Assembly (NCBI RefSeq): GCF_037042905.1
Contig: NC_087247.1
Coordinates: 30,814,001-30,878,000 of the forward strand
From: Lytechinus pictus
Lineage: Eukaryota
Direction: 5' to 3'
Length of the DNA: 64,000 nucleotides
Shown: one piece after another, positions 14,935 through 27,569 of the stretch
How the letters are laid out: each line of letters begins with the position of its first letter
How positions within the stretch are numbered: the first letter of the stretch is position 1
Program-made: the position numbers and the translations under genes
Notes under the pieces: generated by a model
What the model was told of the DNA's origin: nothing
Seen by the model: the letters and a program-made list of their open reading frames with translations, nothing else
Database searches by the model: none

Positions 14935-16364
14935 CAGGTATTACTTAAAGGACAAGTCCATCCCAACAGAAAGTTGATTTGATTAAAAAGAGAAAATCCA
15001 ACAAGCATAACACTAAAAATTTCATCAAATCGGATGTAAAATAAAAAGTTATGACATTTTAAAGTTTTGCTTAATTTCACAAAGAGTTACATGCACATCC
15101 TGGTCACTATGCAAATGAGGAGACTGATGACGTTATCCACTCACTATTTCTTTTGTATTTTATTATATGAAATATTCAAATTTTCTCATTGTCAAGTGAA
15201 ACTACGATTAATTGTTGTTTATTAACACATGTTGTATTATTATTCGTACATGTTTTTCATTTTATTTTTTAGTGAACGCGGATGCTATTTTACTGGGTAT
15301 TTTTTGATCATTTTTATTATCATCAACGTCATTATTACATAAAATAAGAACTTTTCTACAAAAGCGAGCGAGAGAAACGAGCGTGCAAACATTATCTTTT
15401 TATTGTAAAAATATAATTTCTTGATAGATATTCAGAAAATACTATAACATTTCACTCTTTTCCTGTCCTTTCTCGTGTTTTTTTTTTTTTTTTTTTTTTT
15501 TTTTTTGGGGGGGGGGGGGTGGGTCTTGGTCGTGAAATTCATGGCCCCAAGGCCCCCCCCCTCCCATCTTTTCGCAAGTGGGTCATAATACTGAGACCTC
15601 AAAGTGTGATGAAATAACAATTTCAATAGGCCAATTAAAAATAAAAAGTCACCAAAGGTTGCTGAGGAATATCCAAGAATCATTAACCTTTCAATGAAAG
15701 TCAAAGCCTTTTCGATTCTCGTACGTGTTTGTTTCCCTATACCTTTTCAAGGAAAAGAAAACACGTTTATAAGATTTATTTGTATTAGGGTCACCTTTTT
15801 CGTTATGGCCTAAATGCTCGGCTATCATGAAATCGATACGACTGTTTGTTTTTCTCAATTCCTCATTACTTTGAAAGCGGAAGGAAGATGGCACTTAAAG
15901 GTGTCCTATGTCCTTTACATGAGAAACCACACTGATCTATATCCTTACTGAATTTCACCAACATATTCCTTAAATCTGACTTGGATACGTACATGTAAGG
16001 AGGAAATGAGATTTGTAGTCGGTCATGCTTTACAACATAATGTATAGTTTGTACCATTTCCAGAACAAAACATGTTATTCGTGTGGTTTAACGTCATATG
16101 GCATAACATTGTCAATAAAATTAATTAGCATTAGCCAATTAACCTGTTAACAGGAGCAACAGCCTTCAGCAGCTCATATGACGAATTTTCATTAATTCTG
16201 CTGGCACATTTATTCTATCCATATCAATGTAATATTTTCAGAACTATATCTTCTATAGCTTTTACGATTTTATAATTCAGGCCTACAGGTCTAATTATTA
16301 AATCAGACCTGACCAAATAGAACCGAATTCTTCAATTTTTATAATGTTCGGAGTGTTAACAAAA

Positions 16365-16478
16365 CTGCAGTCACACCACGAAATCAAGTCCAACCCGACC
16401 GATGATATGCCGTTCGAAAATAACGTAATAGCTTTGATCAGTCTGGAGTCAGTTTCCATCGGTGTGACTGCAGCATTG
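16365..16478. mobile_element. Short MITE family (GCAGTCACACC...GGTGTGACTGC); other copies ~7805-7918 and ~8750-8850
   Basis: Shared core accgatgatatg...aataacgtaatagctttgatc and inverted ends. Confidence 0.7.
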
Positions 16479-17294
16479 TAAACATGGAGATCAATGACTC
16501 AGTTGCAGTGCCCTTCTCAAAAGGAAGGGACCAAAGCATTAATCAATAGACATATAAAGGAAATTAAATCAAAGAATAGAAATAAACACAAGTAAGATGA
16601 GATTCACAAAATAAGTGAAAAGGATGGTGTACGAAAGCAGTACTTTCACACTGAATGCAAATAGTTATCTCATAATATATATTATAAACATAGTTGATTA
16701 CTGCATGTCCTCTGTCCTCACATTTCCATATTTTACCCAAATCATGCCTTATCAAAGCAATCCTCGTCCATATACGAGAATATGGGAAAACAAATGAAAA
16801 CATGAATGTGAAAGTTCAGTAACGACCTTGATCGTAATATATGCATGGTGATTATATACCACAGAATGTATACAGTCATGACTCACTCTCGGTAAACATA
16901 GTGTGTCACACAGACATTAATTCCGGTTGTTAATTACCCTCTTCACAACGAGTATACACCGATATATATATATACACACACCATGGTAATATAGTATAGG
17001 ACTATTATGAAACAATAGAAATGTTATTGGATGATTTAGCAGAAAAGCAAATAAACAACACAAAACAAAAACAATGGTACTTGATATATTTCTATAAAAA
17101 TGACGAAATTAAACTGAAAACTGACGCGTTATGGGTGACGATTTGGAATTTAGTTATGTTCTCTTTATATTTACAATTTTGTTAGTTATACAATAATGTA
17201 AGAGCACGGTATGATGTATAATAAATAGATTTCGTCGTCAACTGGACGTTGTGTGACGTCCGCCTATCATCCAAGCTATTGGGAAAGTCGCGAT

Positions 17295-17478
17295 TTTTTT
17301 TTAACAAGTGCACATCTAGTTTCCAATAATGCATATAGCATTTCCATTTATTTGAAAGCAGGATAAAAGAGCATTGTAGATTAAATGCCTTGCTCACGGG
17401 CATAGGTGCCGCGGCCGGGGATCGAACCCCGGACTTTCCATGTATAGCCAGGCGCCTTAGACCACTCGGCCACGGCAC
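17295..17478 (-). mobile_element. tRNA-derived SINE
   Basis: Minus strand gtggccgagtggtctaaggcg...ggggttcgatcccc head, then cccgtgagcaaggcatttaatc body and A-tail. Confidence 0.8.
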
Positions 17479-18696
17479 GATCAACTTGATACAGAGGTTC
17501 GATCCCCGGTCACGTCATTCTGATGGTGACGTTGAGGACTGGTCCCAGACGTAAATTATTATAGATTGATGCATGTCAGTAAAAATGCAACTACATGTAT
17601 ATACAAACATACATAGTTTTACGAACTATGAATTCAATTCTAACTAAGACCAGCACAGCAGCATCTTTTTAAACTTCCAACTGTTTATAAACTTTTATTT
17701 TTCTCTAAATAAAGAATGGCATGGTGACATGACTTTCAAAATGATATTTTATCTGTTATACTTACAAAGGAAGGCAGATGAGGTGATATGAAACTGCTTA
17801 GAGAATCTCTCAATTTCCTTGAGTTTGGTTTCTCAAAGTGAGTTTGAGCCATGCTGATGAATAAAAGCTAGAAGTGTCCTCTTTTGTGGAGAATACTTGT
17901 TCACTTATGACACATTGATGAACTTTAATAGAGATGAGACAATACTAGGCCTATGATGCTCAAGGTAGATATAAGAATGTCCAGGTTAAGGTCACAATGT
18001 GCGGTGCGTTTCAGCGCAATTCCTCACTGCACACCAACCTCAAACACGCGGAGTGATGGATGAACTAAAGGGGAGGGGTTCTATATAACACTTTGTCACG
18101 CTTCAAACGGACACATGTGACGTGCACAGGCCACAAACCTGGGAAAATCTCATACATACAAAAAGAGAAATGTTATTTATTAGTGAATGATCTCCAGACA
18201 GATATCATAAATGAAAGCTTGTTGTTATATTTGCTCTCCCTCTCCACGAGTTGCGTTCATGCGAGGGTCGCAATTCTGTCATGTTCACACTATTCATACG
18301 AAACGCTGGACCGTGACAGAGCCGTGATTCTCCGCTTCGTGTGACCTCTAGTGGGAGAATGACTTTCAAGACTTCGAAAAGAACCTTTGAGGATGGATGT
18401 GAAGCAGAAATCGTCGAGAAAATGTTATAGAAAATGAGCAGGAAAAACAGCGTCGCTCGCTTGACCAGTCATGAAGCGAGTGCGAATATTGGTATGTGAT
18501 ATACTAGTACTCGGGGGTACTCGGCAACATGGCAAGTAACTTTAATTCACCGCTCTCCTGTATGACGTCACATCTACATTAGCCAATCACGTTCCGTCAT
18601 CGCATGATGACAACTTTCATTAGATCATCCATACTTAGAGTTTCGATTTGTAATTATTGGCAACATTTGATTATTCATGCAAGAATGGATCTACAG

Positions 18697-18957
18697 CAGT
18701 GGCGTACCTAGGATTTTCCACAGGGGGGGCAAAATCGGCCGCCAAAAATTTGACAAGCAAAAAAAAAAAAAAAAAAAAAAAAAAGTTTTCAGGCTCTTCA
18801 GGGGGGCATTAAAGGTCTTCAAGTTCGTCAGGGGGGGGCAAAAAGGGTATTTTAAGCTCGTCAGGGGGGGCAGGTATATGTCTTTTGTATGGGTTGTGGC
18901 TCGTCAGGGGGGCAGAGTGCCCCCTCTGCCCCCCCCCCCCCCGTAGGTACGCTAGTG
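18697..18957. mobile_element. hAT-like MITE
   Basis: TIR CAGTGGCGTACCTA/TAGGTACGCTAGTG; 8-bp TSD ATCTACAG. Confidence 0.88.
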
Positions 18958-21786
18958 ATCTACAGTCATGTAACTCATTTGTGATTTTTGTCCGATCCGT
19001 TGGTTAATTGGTCTCTAATTGGTTAAATCCAACACGAGACCCCCCCCCCAAGACACACTCTCATATCAGACATGTTCAACCAACATGGTCAATTCATAAC
19101 AAACTTTGGGGGTTGGTTAAAACAGTATGGTCCATGGTTTAAAAAAAAATCTGAAAGTGCATGATTATAGCATGTATTTGAATACGAGCCTATGGTGAGT
19201 GTTTTGGGTCATGTATGCATTAAAATCATTGCTTAAATCCATGCAGCGAGTGTCATTGCCATGGTAATTTCCATTCATCTTCTAATTAATTTTCATGATT
19301 TTGGATTCTTTATTCAACTCCGAACGGATTTTCAGTCTTATGATCCCCTATAAATGCTAATGGAAGCCCGACCGTCAAAGGAAGAGATTATTGAAAGAAA
19401 ATATTTATATATAATTATGTTTATATAAGTTTTATTCGAAGCTCATGGACATGATGGAGAAGAAAATAACATAATTCCTGGAATACTGTTAATAAGCCCA
19501 TACCGCTTTAAATTTATGAAACAAACAGTACCAAAAAACTTTAGATACTCTTTATATTACTCGGTTGATGAAAAACATATTCATACCACAATATAGTTCT
19601 ATTAACTGAAATAGATTCGTAAAATGCCGGAATGTTTCAATTAAGTTTAATAATAATACAAATCAGTCAAACATCAGAATGTTGTTATAAAACCGAGACT
19701 TAGAATTTTATACGGAAAATTCGGAGATGATGGGAAAAAAGAGACATTGATCATAATCACGCATGATTACTCCGTCGTATGGCATAAAAAGTACATTTAC
19801 ACATCATTTACTATTTGCACACGAAGCTTTACTTTATAATCCATGCAGTGTTTCGCTGAATTAAATCAAAACATAATATGGCTTCGTTACTTTTTCATTC
19901 TGTTTTTTCATCCGAATCAGATGTATTACTTTTCTCATTCCTTGCTATTTCAATCATCAATCAACGAACTTAACAATTAATACGACTATACATCCAATAT
20001 TATAAGGGTCGGGCAAAATGGGGGGGGGGGGGGGGTCGCGCTACCCCAACCCAAATGTCGAACGGTTTTAAGTTAATAAGCTTCTTCTCAAATTTTTTTA
20101 TTCAACTTGTCAATTTCTTGTGGAGGAAATTGTCGATTGGAACCAATATTTGACAAAGAAAAAAAAATGTATACGGGCTTGCAAACTATTCATTTTCTAT
20201 TGCACATTGTTATGGGCTTGTATTTTGTGTTATATTACAGTACTATTATTCATATTCATCATACAATAAAGGAATGCGCATGATATTCAATAATTCAAGT
20301 CAATACTTCCGTGTTTATTTCGTCTCCACTCTCACAAAGAATTAACATGCAACTCATTTCCCGCCATCATTATGTCTGGGAGAAAGCATGCATGGACCGA
20401 ACTTCACAACTTTAGCAAATGGTATATACTACAGACGTCGCGCATTGAGATTCTTCAACAGTGCAAGGGACCATTAATTCATAACCAAATTCGAAATAAA
20501 TTACCCTTAATTCCCATACAGACATTGAATAAACAGTAAGGTGGCTTACCAGAATATCTTGGAAATATGAAAATCGTGATGATATGAATGACATTGTAAG
20601 AAATATTCCAGAAGATCACGACATCTAATGCTGAAGAGAGATCGGTTGGGACCACGTAAAAGAAGACCTATTTAGTCTATTAGCACAGACTTTTATGTAA
20701 TGATTCAGCGTGGTGAGGAAAATGAACCCACAACAAAGGGAATCATTTAATCATTGTTACACAAATCTAAACACATTCAAAGCTCAAGATTACTTTGGTT
20801 CTTGATAATCTCTTAAAACAGTAATTCATTCTCATCTTTTAATTTAATATTTCCCCTCTTCAAATATCGTGTCTGAAATCAAAGACAAGCAACTGCGATT
20901 GAACCAGACCCCAAAACCGTAGCAGACGACACGACTCCTTTTCTTTGTTACCCACTGGACACATGTGTTTTTACAGTTGACTGGAACAAAGAACGCCTGG
21001 TGGTGTTGTGCTACAGTTCACTGGGTTGTGAAGGTGTCTCACTTGACACATAAACTCATTGTTATGGGTAACGAAATCGGGGAGGGGGGGGTGGGAAGAC
21101 TGGCCCGACTATTTCAGTTTTAAAGATATAAATTATACAATAAACTATATGGNNNNNNNNNNNNNNNNNNNNNNNNNNNNNNNNNNNNNNNNNNNNNNNN
21201 NNNNNNNNNNNNNNNNNNNNNNNNNNNNNNNNNNNNNNNNNNNNNNNNNNNNNNNNNNNNNNNNNNNNNNNNNNNNNNNNNNATACTCAACATTTATTAC
21301 GCGCCTTTCCTACATGGCCCAAAGCGCTCACAATTTCAATTTTACTTATTTATACAAACAAAAAAATCGGAATGGCATATTAAATGAAGGCAGTTGCCTA
21401 GAACAAGAGTTTTAAGGGACTTCTTAAATGACTCAATTCTAGGGGATTGTCTTGATGATGGGGGATGATGATGATGATGAAGATTATTGTTTACATTATC
21501 GCTATCAAATCGTAGTAATCATGGTAATGAAGATTTAAAAAATAGAATAGGCTACTGAATTACAGAATTAAAATAGGCAATGATTTCTGACTATTATCAA
21601 ATTGTCAATATTTGAGCTGACATTCCTCAGCCATTTCATAGTGTGAAAAGGGGTGAATCAAAGAAAAAAAATAGGAAAGGAATAAAACTTTACCAGTCAA
21701 TATTTTTTTTATTAAGAGAGAAAATTGGGTCATCTTATAATGATTGTGTTCTTGCCTCCGCTATCATCTAACTGTGTGATATTCAA

Positions 21787-22947
21787 CTGGGGGGGGGGGG
21801 GGGCGAGGGGCACTTCCATTGACGAGTGGATACCATGCGTGATCCCCAAAACGCGTAAAAATGATCTCCTTTTTCAAGATAGGGCAGGTTACTTACGTAA
21901 CGTAATAAGGGTGTCAAAAATAAGGGTGTAAAACTACGTGTTTTACGGTCCAATTTGCAAGGGTATAAAAAATACTGAAATACTTTATAAAGGATGTACT
22001 TTCTGCCTTTTTTGTTTAGGGTCCGATTTGAGCGAGGTATGTGTGGTGGTAGTTACTAAATCCAATGAAAGTTAATATAATATAAGGTAAAGCCGACATC
22101 CGTGATCACGTTCGTGACATAACAATTAAGATATCGTTGTACTTTTTAGGGGGGTCAATTCAGGGAATACTTGTCAAGGATACCATTTTGTTTCCAATAC
22201 TTGTTAAAGTTCAAGTCTACCCTAGAAAAATGTTGATTTGAATAAATAGAGAAAAATCAACTAGCATAACACTGAAAGTTTCATCAAAATCAGATGTAAA
22301 ATAAGAAAGTTATGACATTTTAAAGTTTCGCTTATTTTTCACAAAACAGTTATATGCACATTAATTTTCAGTGGCATGCAAATCAGACAGTCGATGATGT
22401 CCCCCACTCACTATATCTTTTGTTTTGTATTGTTTGAATTAGCCAATATTTCATTTTTTACGGATTTGACAATAAGGACCAGTTTGACTGAACCATATAG
22501 TTACGGCCTACATATAGTATTAAACAATGCTAATGCCACATGCTCAGGGAGGAATTAATCGTTGTTTCACTTGACAATGAGGAGAAAATGAGAATATTCA
22601 TATAATAAAATACAAAAGAAATAGTGAGTGGATGACGTCATCAGTCTCATCATTTGCATACCGATCATGATGTGCATATAACTGTTTTTGTGAAATTAAG
22701 CGAAACTTATTTTACATCCGATTTTAATGAAATTTTCAGTGTTATGATTGTTGGATTTTTCTCTTTTTATTCAAATTAGTTTTTTGTTGGGGTGGACTTG
22801 TCCTTTAAGGGTAGGGTTTCACACGCCAATACTTGTTCAGGGGTGCATTTTCAGAACATGGAAATACTTGTTTAGGGTGCTTTTTGAAACCCCATGGTCA
22901 CGCATGGTCCACTAATCAATGGAAGTGCCCACCCCTCCCCCTCCGGG
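21787..22947. mobile_element. Poly-G-terminated MITE with a nested Kolobok-like MITE
   Basis: TIR gggcacttccattga...ccatgcgtga / tcacgcatgg...tcaatggaagtgccc. Confidence 0.7.
22208..22804. mobile_element. Kolobok-like MITE (TTAA TSD); partial copy at 14949-15212
   Basis: ttaa-AGTTCAAGTCTACCC...GGGTGGACTTGTCCT-ttaa, long inverted arms. Confidence 0.8.
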
Positions 22948-22999
22948 ATTTGACTGCACTGGCGTACAGATAGTGGGCTTTCTTCTTCTTCTGCTTCTT

Positions 23000-23890
23000 C
23001 TGTTGGTTTGATTGGCGATTAGTCATATTTGAGTATTGTCGCCATTGGCTTTCACTTCTCCTCACATACCAATATTAAACTGGGTTCCTAAAGAAACTTA
23101 TCAAATTCACTATAGCGCACTACACAAATTCCACTCAGTCAAACTGAACAAAATTTTAACACAGGCCAGCTTCAATAATTTTTACTAAGCACATGTCAAT
23201 AATTATATTGGTTTAATTAATAACAAAGAGCTGTAGCCCCTAACAGCAATTAGTTTCAGAATCGAAAGTCACAAAATGGCAAAGAAAAACGGGGAAATGA
23301 GATGGGATTAAACCAAATCGTCATTCTTTGCTTGAATGCTATTGAGTCCATTCATGCATTATGCTTCTTTGACCTCAGTATGTGTGTTTAAAATGTTGAT
23401 TTTAACTTCATGTAACTTCGTAGTTATTGAGGCAATCAATTAAACATGCCGACATAATCCCATCTCATTTTCAATATGGTCTTTCTTTTGCCATTTTGTG
23501 ACTTTGGATTCTGGAACCAGTTGTTTTGAGGGGCCGCTATAGCCTCTTTGTGATTAAACAATTTTCTTAATTGTTGACATGTGCTTATTAAAGATTATTA
23601 AAGCTAAAAATTTTGTTCATTTTATTTTTGATTAAGTGGAATGTGTGTAGTGCGCTTGTGAAGTTTGATAAGTTTCTTTTTTGGAACCCAGTTTACGGGT
23701 ATTCTCGATCGACTCGACGACACCCTGGCCTACGGTACGTGAATTCAAAACGCGGGATCGCGGGATGTGGATCGTGTTCCGTTATATCACTTTTGCCTGT
23801 GAATTTATTGTTTTCCTGATAATTTTAGATATTGTGGCTGTTCTATATTTCTTTGAATTGTTCTGAACAACTAAACCTGGTTAAGTAAGT
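23000..23890 (+). promoter_or_regulatory. Putative TMEM209 promoter and non-coding exon 1 (donor AA|gtaagt at 23885)
   Basis: ATTGG at 23011 and 23044, CCAAT at 23069; CpG-rich patch 23696-23782 with TTCAAA-a-CGCGGGA (reverse CHR plus GC element); the ATG exon is preceded by an acceptor, so an upstream exon is required. Confidence 0.55.
23076..23695. mobile_element. Tc1/mariner-like palindromic MITE
   Basis: TA-AACTGGGTTCC...GGAACCCAGTT-TA with long degenerate inverted arms. Confidence 0.75.
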
Positions 23891-24035
23891 TGAATGGATG
23901 TGTGGTTTTGCTAATTATCGCTGTCTGCCTCTTGTCTGTTCGTTTGTTTTCACTTCGGTCCCAGATGTACATTATTGTGTTTGCTCCAAGATCCAGTCCA
24001 AGCTTTAGACCCACTCACACAAGCATGCGAGGTTA

Positions 24036-25666
24036 TAGACAGCTGGCAGCCGTCTGTTTCGAGGAGTTTTTTTTAACATAATTTTTTATTTTTTTTAAAT
24101 TTCTCCTCGTACACAGACGGCTCGCTATCGTGCAGCCACCATTAGCCTTAGGGGACTTACAATGCAAAATCCACCCATCGGGGCTCTTTAATTTTTGTCT
24201 TTAATGAATCAAACTTTTGAAAATTAACGCGACCGAAATGCAAATTAATATTACCTCTTGTCTTGGCATTAATTGCCAAAAAACGGGGGAAAATCAGGCG
24301 CTAGTGTAGTTTCGCACCTCCCCGTTTAATGGTTTTCAAACATGTACAATCTCACCCTAAATTGCCTAAATAATTCACAACCTAAAATACTTGCATCTGA
24401 TTCTGAGCCTCCAAAGTCCAGTAGAAGTTGAATATTTGCCGTTTTGACACTTTTTTTTACAAAGTTTTACACCTATTTCGGAATCACTCGGTCGCTTGAA
24501 GCTCAGCGCTGCACATAAGCAGTCGGTACGCGTACAGTACGTACCACCTAGTGAAGTGCAAGAAGAGCGAGTTTTTCTATGGTATCTTCAAAAAGATTTT
24601 TTTCCCCTCTTTCAGCTTGCACCAAGTATTACGGTAGTGGTTGTGCAGAGTGGTTGATGTATGTTGTGTGAAGGTGTGTGTGGGGTGTGCGTGTGTGTGC
24701 TTGTTTGAATGAAATAAGAAATGTGAAAAATGTGAATACACGTAGATTTAGCGATGAAATAAGAAATAATAATGTAGAGCCTTGTTTTGAACTCTAGGTC
24801 AGAGAACTTTCCTTCAGTTTACAATTGTATGCTATGTTGATTGTATGCTACATGTATGTTGATTTCATGCTGTTGAGTTCAGGCTGTTAGGAGGGGGCCG
24901 AATCGGCATACAATTGTAAACTGAAGGAAAGTTCTCTGACCTAGAGTTCAAAACAAGGCTCTACATTATTATTTCTTATTTCATCGCTAAATCTACGTGT
25001 ATTCACATTTTCACATTTCTTATTTCATTCAAAAAATCTCACACACACGCACACCCCACACACACCTTCACAAAACAAACATCAACCACTCTGCACAACC
25101 ACTACCGTAATACTTGGTGCAAGCTGAAAGAGGGGAAAAAATCTTTTTGAAGATACCATAGAAAAACTCGCTCTTCTTGCACTTCACTAGGTGGTACGTA
25201 CTGTACGCGTACCGACTGCTTATGTGCAGCGCTGAGCTTGATCAAGCGACCGAGTGATTCCGAAATAGGTGTAAAACTTTGTAAAAAAGTGTCAAAACGG
25301 CAAATATTCAACTTCTACTGGACTTTGGAGGCTCAGATGCAAGTATTTTAGGTTGTGAATTATTTAGGCAATTTAGGGTGAGATTGTACATGTTTGAAAA
25401 CCATTAAACGGGGAGGTGCGAAACTACACTAGCGCCAAAAATCAAGTTAAAAGGAACAAAAACAGTGACTTACCTCGGCTGTCACGCAACTTCACTTCCC
25501 CGTTTTATCCGATCTTAATACTAAATACATAATAAACATCATGAACATATGGCCATTGAGTCCCCTGTACAGATCGCGCGAGAACTTCGGTCTCTGTATT
25601 TGGTGAGTGAAGCCAACGGAGTTCAGCTGAACAACCAACATAACAGAGACCGAAGCTTTTGGTCTA
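24036..25666 (+). mobile_element. Non-autonomous TAGAC...GTCTA element A (AcademH-like), carrying a 1.1-kb foldback insertion
   Basis: 9-bp TSD GCGAGGTTA (24027-24035, 25667-25675); an uninterrupted copy lies in reverse at 57283-57726. Confidence 0.8.
24297..25436. mobile_element. Foldback MITE with ~535-bp arms (Merlin-like GG termini, 8-bp TSD)
   Basis: GGCGCTAGTGTAG...CTACACTAGCGCC; flanks gaaaatca/aaaaatca; absent from the sister host copy at 57283-57726. Confidence 0.85.
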
Positions 25667-25675
25667 GCGAGGTTA

Positions 25676-26720
25676 TAGACAGGAATAACCGTCATTTCTG
25701 GGGATTTATTTAACAATTTCTGACATTTTACTATAATCCTCATTCACCGACGGTAGTGTGTTAGTGCGAGCCTGCATGTGTAATCAGGTCAGCAATTCGG
25801 AATGGTTTTGTCCAGATTTTTATTTTAAAAAATTATAAATGACATATTAATTATCTTGAACGAAGGCCCACTATTTTTGTTAGACTCTAATCTTTCTTTG
25901 ATACTTTATAAGTTCTAAGAAAATAACGAAAATATACATTACCGATGATTTATTCCTTATTTTTTTGATTTTCTGCCGGAGAGGAAAAAATGGCAGCCGC
26001 AACGTGTTGTGCTTTTATCAAGGCTTTCCGATTAAATTTTCGATATCCTGGCCAATCAATGCGAGTGACAAGTTCCGAACGCACGCTCATCTACAAGCGC
26101 AAAGCAGGGGCACAAATCGCGATATATAGCAACTCGTACATATGTCTGTAAGGATGATGACGTCATCCAAGATGGCAACTTACGTTGACCAACGAAAGGA
26201 TCGAAGATGACTATGTTTTGATCATCATTTGAAAGGAATTAACGGTAACTGCGGTTTAAGGTACGATTTTTTTTAAATTTTATATATTTCTTTGTAAGTT
26301 TGAATTTACTTTCTTTTTGATAATGTGACATTTTATGTACAAAAAACGATCCGAAAATCAGGTTTCCGCCGAATGTTAGATCTAACGTTACTGCTAATAC
26401 GTTGGCAATTTTCCTGTGCTACCTTATTAACCCACCAACCTGGTCTCCCTTCCAAAGTGAATAATAGTCTGCTCCTCAAATCTCTCTTTTTTCTACATAA
26501 AATTCATGACCACCGCTCCAACCTGATGTTGAATCACTAACTTATCGGACTGGAATTGATATACTCGTTTCTGAGAATCTCCAAAACAGTGGAGGGATCA
26601 CCTAAGAGAGAGAGTTGGCTGTACATACAGGCCAACAACTCTTCAGTCTATGTATGGGTGAGTGGAGCCAACGCAGTTCAGCGGAACAACCAAAATACAG
26701 AGACTGAAGCTCTTGGTCTA
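25676..26720 (+). mobile_element. Non-autonomous TAGAC...GTCTA element B (AcademH-like), in tandem with element A
   Basis: Starts TAGACAG right after GCGAGGTTA; ends ggtcta followed by a third GCGAGGTTA (26721-26729); shares a ~75-bp right end with element A. Confidence 0.8.
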
Positions 26721-26867
26721 GCGAGGTTAATATACTGACCTCGCACAACGCATGTGATTTCATAGTACATTTTGACGTTTTCATCACACGAATGTGAGGG
26801 AATAAAACACGCCAAAACTTTCAATATTTCTTCACTACGTAAATGACAATCTTCTGAAATAACTTAA

Positions 26868-27453
26868 AGGGGAATGAAACCTTTGGAATAAGTAGGCTTG
26901 TGTCGAAACAGAAAAATCAGAGAAACAGATCAACGAAAGTTTGAGAAAAATCGGACAAACAATGAGAAAGTTATGAGTATTTGAATATTGCAATCACTAA
27001 TGATATGGAGATCCTCCTATTGGCAATGCGACAAGGATGTGTGATGTCATATGTGAACAACTTTTTCTTTGATGGACTATAAAATACCCCCAAAATGTCT
27101 CTTTGCTTTTTCTTATGGTGATACAAACTCTTTATCCATGATGTATTCTTTAAAAATCTGTTTTACATGCCCTCCTATAGAAAGAATACATGATCTAGTA
27201 CTGATAGATGTGATAAAAGAGGCAATTTAAATGAAATATATACTAATGTAATGGGGAGAGTTGTTCACAAGTGACATCACACATCTTTGTCGCATTGCCA
27301 ATATGAGGATCTCCATAGAATTAGTGATCGCAATATTCAAATGCTCATAACTTTCTCATTGTTTGTCCGATTTTTCTCAAACTTTCGTTGATCTGTTTCT
27401 CTGATTTTTCTGTTTCGACACAAGCCTACTTATTCCAAAGGTTTCATTCCCCT
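26868..27453. mobile_element. Kolobok-like MITE (TTAA TSD, AGGGGAATGAAACC ends)
   Basis: TTAA at 26864-26867 and 27454-27457; ~190-bp near-perfect TIRs. Confidence 0.85.
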
Positions 27454-27569
27454 TTAAGTTATTTCAGAAGATTGTCATTTACATAGTGAAGAAATATTTA
27501 AAGTTTTGGCGTGTTTTATTCCCTCACATTCGTGTGATGAAAACGTCAAAATGTACTATGAAATCACAT

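Noticed and set aside
12555-16057. Short ORFs at 12555-13207 and 15691-16057 as exons or retroelement fragments
   Set aside because: No recognisable motifs or consistent splice sites by eye; a tBLASTx search would be needed.
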